A DNA stretch of 28,577 bases from assembly GCA_035688995.1 (NCBI GenBank), contig DASSMG010000233.1:1-28577 (forward strand), given 5' to 3'. Numbering within the stretch: position 1 is the first letter of the stretch; each line of letters begins with the position of its first letter. The notes under the pieces were generated by a model. The model was not told where the DNA came from and did no database searches. It was given only the letters and a program-made list of their open reading frames with translations. The stretch comes from Actinomycetota bacterium. Its GTDB lineage: Bacteria > Actinomycetota > CADDZG01 > WHSQ01. Shown piece by piece: positions 1-7,660 of this stretch. The translations under genes and the position numbers were made by a program.

Positions 1-63
1 CGTCGAGAGGCGACGCCCCCATCGTGCCACCCAGGCGCCCCGTGGTGCGGATTTGAGAATGCG

Positions 64-1089
64 CTACGTAGTCGGTGGAGGGGGGTCTGGTGGGTTTCCG
101 AGACTCTCCGTAGTCGAAGCGCGAGGATTTTCGGCGTGAGCGCCCACGCCGGCGGGCGCCGGCGCCGGTTCGAGCGGTTCGCGGTCCCCCGCCGGGGGGC
201 CTGGAGGGGGCCCTGCGAAGCGGGCAGGAGCGCCCCGGAAGCGCGCCAGCAGGTACAGGGCGATGATCCCCACGGCTATCGACATGATCTGGCTCCCCGT
301 CAGCCCGAAGTACCGGCGGTCGACCCTCATGTAGTCGGTGATCACCCTCATGGCGGCGTACCAGACCGTGAACAACAGGATCATGAAGCCGGGGCGCCGG
401 ACCTTGCGACCGACCCAGAGCAACACGCCCAGTAGCAGGAGCGTCGAGAAGAGGTCGTAGAGAGCCGTCTCGTGAAGCGTGAGGTCGAAACACCCCAGCG
501 ACGGGGGCTTCCCCTCGGCGAGCGCCTGCAGGTAGACCTGCGCGTCGGTCGGTGGATGCCCGCTCGAGCCGAGGCAGTGCCACCCGAGGGCGAAGTTCGT
601 CGGCTTGCCGAGGTGGTCTCCGATTATCAGGTCGCCGATCCTCCCGATCACGATCCCTAACGCCAGGCCGGGCGCGGCGAGATCCATCGTGCGCCAGAAC
701 CCCATCCGGTGCCTCAGCATGTACGGGAGCGCGGCGAGCACCGCACCCGTTATCCCGCCGATGAGCGAGATGCCGCCTTCCCAGATCTTGAACACGCCGA
801 GGTAGTCGGCTCCATTGTTCGTGACCTCACCGAAATGTCCGAGCACGTATCCGACGCGCGCTCCAACGATCGCTCCGATCAGCGCGTAGAACAGCACGTT
901 CCAGATATCGGTCTCCGGAGGGCCGCCGCGCTTGCGCGCGCGGCGCGCCATCAGTTGCGCCCCTGCGAGGAACCCGACGGCGATACCGATCCCGTGTGGC
1001 GAGATGGCGAGGGGGCCGAGATGGAGCCGCGGCACGATCTCCCACCTAAGTGGGTCGAGGCCGAACTTGAACGCCTCGGCGAGGATCAT
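64..1089 (-). CDS. lgt: Prolipoprotein diacylglyceryl transferase
   Basis: Multi-TM protein with Lgt signatures: GARVGYV, IWEGGISLIGG, GRIGDLIIGDHLG, H-x-T-A-L-Y (HPxQLYE-like), YAAMRVITDYMR. Pro-rich low-complexity C-tail. Confidence 0.93.
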   Translation of the reverse strand: MILAEAFKFGLDPLRWEIVPRLHLGPLAISPHGIGIAVGFLAGAQLMARRARKRGGPPETDIWNVLFYALIGAIVGARVGYVLGHFGEVTNNGADYLGVFKIWEGGISLIGGITGAVLAALPYMLRHRMGFWRTMDLAAPGLALGIVIGRIGDLIIGDHLGKPTNFALGWHCLGSSGHPPTDAQVYLQALAEGKPPSLGCFDLTLHETALYDLFSTLLLLGVLLWVGRKVRRPGFMILLFTVWYAAMRVITDYMRVDRRYFGLTGSQIMSIAVGIIALYLLARFRGAPARFAGPPPGPPAGDREPLEPAPAPAGVGAHAENPRASTTESLGNPPDPPPPTT

Positions 1090-1111
1090 CGGAAGGTGCG
1101 CGCGGGCGCGC

Positions 1112-1897
1112 TCAAACCTTCTTGTATTCGGTCACCCACGCGCCGTTCGCGTCGATCGTGAAGTCGCCGAACAGCAACGGCGCTTCCTGCACCATGATGT
1201 GACCGATCTTGTCGAACACGTAACGGATCTCTTCCTCCGCGCCGGGATCGGTGCGCATCGCGATCGTGTGACGCAGCGTGCGCACGTTCGCGGTCCAGAA
1301 GATCATCGTCGAGACCCCTTCCGGCGCCAGCCTGCGCATCGCCGAGGTGATCTCTTTCTTCGTGTGAAAGTTCACGCCCTCCTCGTCGAGACCGACGTGC
1401 TCGGCCGCGGCGACCTGGAACTCCTCGAGCGTCTCGAGGATCGAGATGATCTGCGGCCGCATCGACTCCATCGACTCGGGGATGCGGAAGGGGATCTCGT
1501 CGAGGCGTACGAAGCGCATGCTCTCCTGGCTGAACGCGCTTCCCGCCCGATGGCGGATCAGCTCGTGCGTAAAAACCCTGCTGACGTTGTAGAGGATGAA
1601 CGTGTAGTTGGCGTGCTCCATGACGCTGCCGTGGCCCGACCGCATCAGGTTGAGGAAGTACTCCTTCTGTTCCCTGCGCACCCTCGTGACGTTGGGGTTG
1701 AGCCCCGGTTCCCACGAGCGGTAACACGCCCGTCCGGCCGCCTCGATCAGCAACTGGCCGGGGTTCGGGTCGGGGTCTTCCTGAACGCGGTTCGCAAGCC
1801 AGGTCTCGCCCCCGACGGTCTTGAGATAGCGCTCGAGCGCCGCCAGGTCCAGCGACGGGCGGGCGATCAACTCGACTTCGGGCGTGGTCTCTCTCAC
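1112..1897 (-). CDS. thyX: FAD-dependent thymidylate synthase
   Basis: ThyX motif RHRxxxxxxxSxR (RHRAGSAFSQESMRFV), plus GHGSVMEH, AGRACY and N-x-R-T-L-R-H. GTG start preceded by CAGGAG. Confidence 0.95.
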   Translation of the reverse strand: MRETTPEVELIARPSLDLAALERYLKTVGGETWLANRVQEDPDPNPGQLLIEAAGRACYRSWEPGLNPNVTRVRREQKEYFLNLMRSGHGSVMEHANYTFILYNVSRVFTHELIRHRAGSAFSQESMRFVRLDEIPFRIPESMESMRPQIISILETLEEFQVAAAEHVGLDEEGVNFHTKKEITSAMRRLAPEGVSTMIFWTANVRTLRHTIAMRTDPGAEEEIRYVFDKIGHIMVQEAPLLFGDFTIDANGAWVTEYKKV

Positions 1898-1977
1898 GAC
1901 TTCTCCTGCGATGGGGTGGGCCTAAGAATCTAGCCCGCGCGGCCGCCAACTCGGTGGAGCCCCGAGCTTTTCGCGAC

Positions 1978-2763
1978 CTACTTGGGTCCGTTGATCCGAT
2001 CGGCCGCCCGTCCGATCCCGTCGGTGGGCGCCGTCGGGACGGCCTCGATGCGGGGATCGTTCACTAGCGCCTCGGCAATGCCCTCGGGCCCGGCGACGTA
2101 GGTGCAAACGAAGTCGATCTCGGTTGCGACGCACCACGACCTGTCGGCAGGCCACCACAGGGAGGGACGGTTCCCGAGATCGCCCATCCAACTCGTGGTG
2201 GCCTCGGTGATCGCACCCTCGTAGAGATAGAACCCCCGTCCCGGGATCAGGAACTTGGCAGCTCGGTCGCGCTCGGCACGAGGGCTACCGGCGAAGTCGA
2301 GAGGAGCCGGCTCCGGCGGCGTCTCACCGATCTTCGTTGCAACCGATTCCACCGGGTCGCCCCAACCTTCCCAGTAGGCGAAGTAACAACTTTCGGGAGT
2401 GCCGGTGAATCCTCGAAGGAGCTCGGCAAGTGCTCTGGCGATGTCGCCGGGGATCTCTCCGAGTTCGGGAGGCTCGTCCCACAACCCCTCCTGCGAACGC
2501 CGGCAATTGAGGGCGCCGTCGAAGCAGTCATCCGGAACGAGGAACTCGAACTGCATCTCGGGGTGAAACTGCTTTCCATTCGCTTCTGCAATCTGACGCC
2601 ACGTCACTGGGGTCGACGAGGAACCATCGCGTTTCTCGGCCGGATGCAGCACCCGCAAGTAGGCCTGGAATGTGTCGGGGATCACCGAGCCCACATCCTG
2701 CGCGAATGGATGAATGGCGTTCACCACCCAATCGGCCACCGAAGGATCGGTTACGGCGCGCAC
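1978..2763 (-). CDS. Conserved hypothetical protein (actinobacterial, W/P-rich motifs)
   Basis: 261-aa ORF in tandem with its neighbours, with globular composition and motif-like segments (VGSVIPDTFQAYLRVLHP, CYFAYWEGWG, PSLWWPADRSWCVATEIDF). No function recognised. Confidence 0.8.
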   Translation of the reverse strand: MRAVTDPSVADWVVNAIHPFAQDVGSVIPDTFQAYLRVLHPAEKRDGSSSTPVTWRQIAEANGKQFHPEMQFEFLVPDDCFDGALNCRRSQEGLWDEPPELGEIPGDIARALAELLRGFTGTPESCYFAYWEGWGDPVESVATKIGETPPEPAPLDFAGSPRAERDRAAKFLIPGRGFYLYEGAITEATTSWMGDLGNRPSLWWPADRSWCVATEIDFVCTYVAGPEGIAEALVNDPRIEAVPTAPTDGIGRAADRINGPK

Positions 2764-2769
2764 GGGTCC

Positions 2770-3798
2770 TCAGTCGTCGTCGTTGCGGTGGCGACGGCTC
2801 GCCTTGCGGTAGAGACGTTTCCCATCCTCGGTCTCGATGCGCTCGACCTCACCGCGACGAACGAGGTAAGCAAGGTGAGCGAGAGCTTCGCCCAGCGCCA
2901 GACGCTTCTGGAAGTGCAGCAAGGTCGTCCCGAAGATCTCGTCGGTTATCTCGTCGGCCGTGTGGGGCTCGTTGCGGACCACCTGGAGGATGGCCCCGAG
3001 TCGACGATCGTGATGCCGCGCGACCACTCGGGCGCGCTCGGCCCCGTCCTCGAACGGTCGGCCGTGACCGGGCAACACGAGCTTCGGATCGAGCCGCTCG
3101 ATCGTCGCGAGCGACTCGAGAAAGTCCCCAAGAGGATCGTCGTCCACGCCGCGCCGGAAATCGATGTGCGGCGTGATCGTCGGCAACAGGTGGTCGCCGG
3201 AGATGAGGATGCGGTCGGCGCTCGACCACAGACAGACGTGCGCGCTGGAGTGGCCCGGCGTGTAGACGACCTCCCAGGTCCGGGGACCGATCTCGAACGT
3301 CTCGCCGCCGGCCACCGGGTGGGTGGGCTCGATCACCCCCGAGACGAAACCGCGCCAGTCCTCCCAGCGGGTGAGCTCACCGATCTCCTCGGGTGCGACT
3401 CCGTGATCGGCGAGCATCTCGCGCAGGGTTTCGCGTGCGGCGGTCGGGTCGCGGTATCCCTCGATGTCGTCGGAGGCTCGTTCGTGCATGACGAGCTCGC
3501 AACCGCTCTCTTCGACGAAACGAGCCGCCATCCCGTAGTGATCGATGTGAGGGTGCGTGATGATCAGACGCACGACGTCGGCCGGCTCGTATCCGCAGGC
3601 GTTCAGGCCCGCAACCACATCGTCCCAACCGTGGTCGCCGGCCTCGTCCGGCGTGAAGATGCCGCAGTCGACCAGCGTCGTGTCCGCGCCACCCGCGAGC
3701 ATGTAGGCGTTCACCCGATCGAGACCGGGGAACGGGAGCGGCAACACCAGTCGGAAGACGCCCGGTGCGGGCTCGCGGCGTTTGTGGTCGATCGTCAT
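2770..3798 (-). CDS. MBL-fold metallo-hydrolase with C-terminal winged-helix-like segment
   Basis: THPHIDHYG (HxHxDH), TPGHS, SGDH and PGHG motifs. The C-terminal LGEALAHLAYL is typical of this subfamily. Confidence 0.9.
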   Translation of the reverse strand: MTIDHKRREPAPGVFRLVLPLPFPGLDRVNAYMLAGGADTTLVDCGIFTPDEAGDHGWDDVVAGLNACGYEPADVVRLIITHPHIDHYGMAARFVEESGCELVMHERASDDIEGYRDPTAARETLREMLADHGVAPEEIGELTRWEDWRGFVSGVIEPTHPVAGGETFEIGPRTWEVVYTPGHSSAHVCLWSSADRILISGDHLLPTITPHIDFRRGVDDDPLGDFLESLATIERLDPKLVLPGHGRPFEDGAERARVVARHHDRRLGAILQVVRNEPHTADEITDEIFGTTLLHFQKRLALGEALAHLAYLVRRGEVERIETEDGKRLYRKASRRHRNDDD

Positions 3799-3831
3799 CT
3801 CGGGCGCGTCGCGCGATCGGAGCGAAGGCCG

Positions 3832-4041
3832 CTACTCGTGGACCTGCTCCTTGATCTGGAACGAGACCCGCACGAGCACCCGGTAGACCGGCGTGCCGTC
3901 CTCGATGAGGCCGTCGATGCGTTCGACCTCGAACGTCGTCAGGCCCTTGAGAGTGAGGCTCGCTCGATGGACGGCCTCGGCGACGGCCTCCTCGATGCTC
4001 GGTCCGGTCGCGGTGAGATCGATCGACTTCTCGACGGTCAT
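3832..4041 (-). CDS. Dodecin-family flavin-binding protein
   Basis: 69 aa with dodecin pattern (K-x-I-D-L-x-A...SIEEAVAEAV.RAS.TL....FEV...YRV.V.VSF). AAGGGGG SD upstream. Confidence 0.85.
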   Translation of the reverse strand: MTVEKSIDLTATGPSIEEAVAEAVHRASLTLKGLTTFEVERIDGLIEDGTPVYRVLVRVSFQIKEQVHE

Positions 4042-4093
4042 CGGAACCCCCTTGGAGATAGCGGCGGAGGCGATGTTACGAGTCGAACCGAAT

Positions 4094-4116
4094 CGCGCCC
4101 GCGACGTCGGGGCGCG
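4094..4116. terminator. GC-rich hairpin between the small ORF and dodecin (possible terminator)
   Basis: CGCGCCC (4094-4100) pairs with GGGCGCG (4110-4116). No strong U-tract. Confidence 0.3.
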
Positions 4117-4165
4117 CGTTAAGTGACCGTGAGAACGCGGAGAGGGATCGCTGGAACTGTGAGGG

Positions 4166-4348
4166 CTAGCGGAGGGGACCGGAGAAGGTCGGCGTGCGCC
4201 GGCATCGCACGGGCGGGCGGTGACGCCGCTGCATGCGTGCGTTGGTCACGAAGACGTCACGTGAGATGGCAAGCCACCACTTGGCCGAGGTGACCTTCAC
4301 GGACGGGTCCTTCGGGCCCGACATGAAGGGGCAATTGCGCTTGCTCAT
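4166..4348 (-). CDS. Small basic protein or leader peptide, 60 aa (MSKRNCPFMSGPKDPSVKVTSAKWWLAISRDVFVTNARMQRRHRPPVRCRRTPTFSGPLR)
   Basis: ATG at 4348 with GAGG 6 nt upstream. 51 of the 59 codons after the start end in G/C, as in real genes here. The ORF track extends it to a TTG at 4384. Confidence 0.6.
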   Translation of the reverse strand: MSKRNCPFMSGPKDPSVKVTSAKWWLAISRDVFVTNARMQRRHRPPVRCRRTPTFSGPLR

Positions 4349-4525
4349 CACGTACCTCTTCTTTCCCTTGATCCCTGTGTTCAAGCTGAGGGGGTCCTGT
4401 GCATCGCCAAGGTCAAAGGTTCGGCGGGGGGCCGCGGTCTCCTGTAACGGAGAGAGAATTCCCGCTCGCGAAACGCGAGGTGCGTGGGGTTATGTCCGAT
4501 TCTTACGGCAGAAAAGTGACACGGA

Positions 4526-5449
4526 TCAGGTCCCGGGAGCCTCGATGCCGTCGGAGGAGGCCTCTTCGAGCCCCGACTTCAGGAACCGCTTCGTCGCCTC
4601 GTACCCGAGATCGATAAGGCGGTCGGTGTACTCCATCGACGCGAACGGCACGAAGAAGTCCAGCTTGGGACCCGGGATCAGCACCAACTTGACCCTCTCC
4701 GCATAGAGCGAGCGCTCGATGTCGAAACGCTGGCCGCGAGCGAGCGAGAAAGCATGCAGTAGATAGTCGATCGGACGGTTGAGGGGACGTCTCTGCCGGG
4801 AGTGGCCCGTCGCGTCGAAGACGTACAGCGTCTTGGCCCCCATCGCCACCGCCGGCGCGATCGGAACGTTGTCCGCGACGCCGCCATCGATATAGCTGCG
4901 TCCTCTGATGGAGACCGGCGGAAAGATGCTCGGCATCGCGGTCGACGCGAGCAGAGGATCCGTGAGCTCACCCGATGTGAACACCACCTCCTGTCCCGTT
5001 TCGAGGTCGGTCGCGGTGACGGCAAGCGGGATCTGTAGATCCTCGAACCGAGGTGTCCCGAGGCTGCTCGCGATGAGCCGACGGATGCCGCTGTTCTCGA
5101 ACACGTGATTGCCCCGCACCAACATGCGCGCCCACGATGCCTTGAAGCGCCCGGCCCCGGGGAACATGTCGTTGTCCTTGAGATTGCGCCACACCGCATC
5201 GAGCCGTTCGACTCCGGCGGGCGTGGGGTCGTAGGCGACCCAGGTCGCGTTGAGAGCGCCCACCGACGTACCGACCATCAGGTCGGGCCTGATGTCGGTC
5301 TCGAACAACGCGTGGAGGGCCCCAACCTCCAGCGCTCCCAGCGGCCCGCCCCCAGACAGCACGAATCCGACGGTGTCACGCCTTCGGTGCGCCAGCCTTC
5401 GGAGCCACTGCGCGCGCGAGGGCTGGTTGCGAACGCCCCTGTCGCTCAT
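4526..5449 (-). CDS. Patatin-like phospholipase
   Basis: Gly-rich SGGGPLG, nucleophile GTSVG (GxSxG), and DGG motif (YIDGGVADN). Confidence 0.93.
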   Translation of the reverse strand: MSDRGVRNQPSRAQWLRRLAHRRRDTVGFVLSGGGPLGALEVGALHALFETDIRPDLMVGTSVGALNATWVAYDPTPAGVERLDAVWRNLKDNDMFPGAGRFKASWARMLVRGNHVFENSGIRRLIASSLGTPRFEDLQIPLAVTATDLETGQEVVFTSGELTDPLLASTAMPSIFPPVSIRGRSYIDGGVADNVPIAPAVAMGAKTLYVFDATGHSRQRRPLNRPIDYLLHAFSLARGQRFDIERSLYAERVKLVLIPGPKLDFFVPFASMEYTDRLIDLGYEATKRFLKSGLEEASSDGIEAPGT

Positions 5450-5497
5450 GGGTACATCATCGGCCCGAACGGGCCCTTATGTGAGGATCCGTAGGAC

Positions 5498-5989
5498 TTA
5501 GCGGGAGACCTTCTTCGCCGTCGATTTCGCCTTCGACTGGGCCTTCTTGGCCGCGGCGCTCGACTTCTTGGCGGCGGCCGCGCTCCGGGCCCGGGCTTGC
5601 TTCACCGCGGCGGCGCTCTGCTTGCGAGCGGTCTTGGTCGTCGCTTTGGCAGCCGCCCGCGACGCGCCCGCAGCCTTGGAGACGTTCTTCGATGCCCGCT
5701 TGACCTCTTTCGATCCGGCCAGGCCCTTGGCGCTCTTGCGCGCGGCACCGGCGGCGGTCTTGACGAGTTCGACGCCCGCGTCCACCGCTACCCCGACCGC
5801 TTTCGAGGCGGCCTTCGCCTGCTTCTTGGCCGTCTTGGCGTCGCGGGTCTTGGCGACCTCGCGCGCGGTCTTCGTTGCGGTTTGGACGGCCTTGCGACCG
5901 ACCTTGCCGAGACTGTCTGCAGCCTTACCGATCTGCTTCCGCGCTTCTTTGACCTGCTTCTTGGTCTTCCGTGTGCTCGCCACGTTCAC
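5498..5989 (-). CDS. Lys/Ala-rich histone H1-like basic protein
   Basis: 163 aa with 34 Lys + 12 Arg versus 7 acidic residues and no aromatic residues. GTG start with AGGAGG SD. TACGCT -10-like hexamer upstream (6024-6029). Confidence 0.8.
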   Translation of the reverse strand: MNVASTRKTKKQVKEARKQIGKAADSLGKVGRKAVQTATKTAREVAKTRDAKTAKKQAKAASKAVGVAVDAGVELVKTAAGAARKSAKGLAGSKEVKRASKNVSKAAGASRAAAKATTKTARKQSAAAVKQARARSAAAAKKSSAAAKKAQSKAKSTAKKVSR

Positions 5990-6023
5990 TACCTCCTGGT
6001 TGCCGCGCGCCCGCTCGCCCGGG

Positions 6024-6029
6024 AGCGTA
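6024..6029 (-). promoter_or_regulatory. Putative -10 (GGTACGCT) for the histone-like gene
   Basis: TANNNT hexamer preceded by GG in the 54-nt gap upstream of the SD. Confidence 0.45.
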
Positions 6030-6043
6030 CCCGAGCAAGCCCA

Positions 6044-6286
6044 TCACCTATCCAGATGCACCCGTACCCACGTGCGGCGTCCGCAAGCAGGGCACCGCAT
6101 CCACGAGTGGTGATACCTGACGAAGGGGACGTGGAAATGGACCGGAAACATCAGAGCGGCCAGCTCGAGGTAGGACACCCGCGTCTCCTCGCGACACGCG
6201 CTGCACTCGACCGTGCACGTCATGGAACGACGTTCCGTCGCCGAATACAGGGCGTACCTGCCGGTGGGATCGGGTCGCTCAGGCAC
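6044..6286 (-). CDS. Small zinc-ribbon protein (CxxC...CxxC)
   Basis: CSAC and CPAC pairs. The GTG start overlaps the parA stop region, consistent with translational coupling. Confidence 0.75.
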   Translation of the reverse strand: MPERPDPTGRYALYSATERRSMTCTVECSACREETRVSYLELAALMFPVHFHVPFVRYHHSWMRCPACGRRTWVRVHLDR

Positions 6287-7040
6287 CTGTTTCGCCCTCG
6301 TCGATCTGACGCGCCAGCTCGCGGTATGCGGCCGCGGCGTCGTGCCCCGGCGCGTAACGAAGGATCGAGCAACCGGCCTGAGCCGCCTCCGCCAGCCGGA
6401 TCGATTTCTTCACCGGGGGGTCGAGGACCTTCACCGAATAACGCTCGCCGACATCGCCGAGGACCTTGCGAGCGTGCAGCGATCGTCCATCGAACATCGT
6501 GGCGATGACCCCGATGACGTTGAGGTCGGGGTTCGTGAAGTGACGGATGTCGGCCAGGGTCTCGATGAGCTGTCCCACACCACGATGAGACAGTGCTTCG
6601 CACTGAAGAGGTATCAGCACTTCCTTCGCCGCGGTCAATGCGTTGATCGTGAGGATGCCGAGCGACGGCGGACAGTCGATCATCACGTAGTCGTAGCGTG
6701 GGGCCACGTCGCGCAACGCTCGCTCGAGTGCGTATTCGCGTCCCGTCTTGGCCAAGAGGATCGCTTCCGCTCCGGCGAGATCGATGTTGGCCGGTACGAC
6801 GTCCACCTCACGTTCGACGATCACTTTCTCCATCGGAAGTCGCCTGACCAGCACGTCGTTCACCGTCTCGTCCAGCGCGTCCGGGTCGATCCCCACCGAG
6901 TAGGTCAACGCGCCCTGAGGATCCATGTCGATCGCCAGAACGTGGCGGCCGCGTTCGGCAAGGGCGGACGCCATCGACAAGGTGGTTGTTGTCTTGGCGA
7001 CGCCGCCTTTCTGATTCGCGAAGGCGATCGTGCGCGTCAT
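6279..7040 (-). CDS. ParA/Soj-family ATPase (orphan, M. tuberculosis Rv3213c-like)
   Basis: Deviant Walker A NQKGGVAKTTT, DMDPQG, PANIDLAGAE, DCPPSLG, PLQCE. No parB adjacent. Confidence 0.93.
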   Translation of the reverse strand: MTRTIAFANQKGGVAKTTTTLSMASALAERGRHVLAIDMDPQGALTYSVGIDPDALDETVNDVLVRRLPMEKVIVEREVDVVPANIDLAGAEAILLAKTGREYALERALRDVAPRYDYVMIDCPPSLGILTINALTAAKEVLIPLQCEALSHRGVGQLIETLADIRHFTNPDLNVIGVIATMFDGRSLHARKVLGDVGERYSVKVLDPPVKKSIRLAEAAQAGCSILRYAPGHDAAAAYRELARQIDEGETGA

Positions 7041-7546
7041 CGAGAAGCGTCGCGCCCGTGATCCCCGAGGGGCGGAAGCTGCATGTCGACCTTGGCGAGT
7101 AGCGCTTTCACCTCGTCGGGCCTCCAGCCGCGCTCTTTGAGCTCGAGGACCAGTTTGAGGACGCTTTCACCTTGCGTCTCTTCCTCGAAGGATTCGTACC
7201 CGTCGAGGAAACCACGCGCGTAATCCCATGAGACGTAGTCGTTGGGGTCGGGTTCGAAGGCCGGCTCGTGAACCGGTGATTCGCCGGCATTCAGCAACTC
7301 CTGCAGGTTCCCTGCGAGCAGATCCCAAGCGAGATAGTGATCCTCGTCGCAGTCCGGGCAGTAGAAGACGACTCCTCTGATCGACTTGGTTCCGAGGATC
7401 TCCTTGAGGACCTGGACGTCTACGAGGTCCTGCTGCAGGGCCTCGCGCTCGTCGTCGGCCAGGGGGGCCGAGCTCTCGTCGCCGAGAGAGGAGGGGTCGA
7501 GGTCGTCGTCGCCGAGCGGCCCTTCGAAAGGTTCCGGCTCATCCAT
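7037..7546 (-). CDS. DUF5319-family acidic protein
   Basis: GVVFYCPDCDEDHYLAWDLL...HEPAFEPDPNDYVSWDYARGF resembles actinobacterial DUF5319. Its TGA overlaps the parA ATG (ATGA). Confidence 0.8.
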   Translation of the reverse strand: MDEPEPFEGPLGDDDLDPSSLGDESSAPLADDEREALQQDLVDVQVLKEILGTKSIRGVVFYCPDCDEDHYLAWDLLAGNLQELLNAGESPVHEPAFEPDPNDYVSWDYARGFLDGYESFEEETQGESVLKLVLELKERGWRPDEVKALLAKVDMQLPPLGDHGRDASR

Positions 7547-7552
7547 AGGCCC

Positions 7553-7558
7553 ATGGTA
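7553..7558 (-). promoter_or_regulatory. Leaderless-type -10 (TACCAT) for the DUF5319-parA operon
   Basis: TANNNT exactly 6 nt upstream of the ATG at 7546, with no SD. Confidence 0.6.
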
Positions 7559-7660
7559 AGGCCGGGAACGGATATGCGGACCGGTCCCGCCCGAACGGAC
7601 TAGGTTTTTTAGTCACTTCTATTCATTCCGTGGATGACCACGAGATGACATCGTGACCCA

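Noticed and set aside
1950-1970. CTCGG/CCGAG hairpin followed by CTTTT
   Set aside because: Only a 5-bp stem, and oriented for the + strand while flanking genes are on the minus strand.
932-4122. Long + strand ORFs (932..1933, 2563..4122) opposite thyX, the MBL hydrolase and dodecin
   Set aside because: Antisense shadow frames typical of high-GC coding DNA. No recognisable motifs, and they fully overlap well-supported minus-strand genes.
4257-4264. TCACGTGA as a parS site (also at 13153-13160)
   Set aside because: Only the 8-bp core matches. Flanks do not fit GTTTCACGTGAAAC, and these copies lie inside coding sequence.
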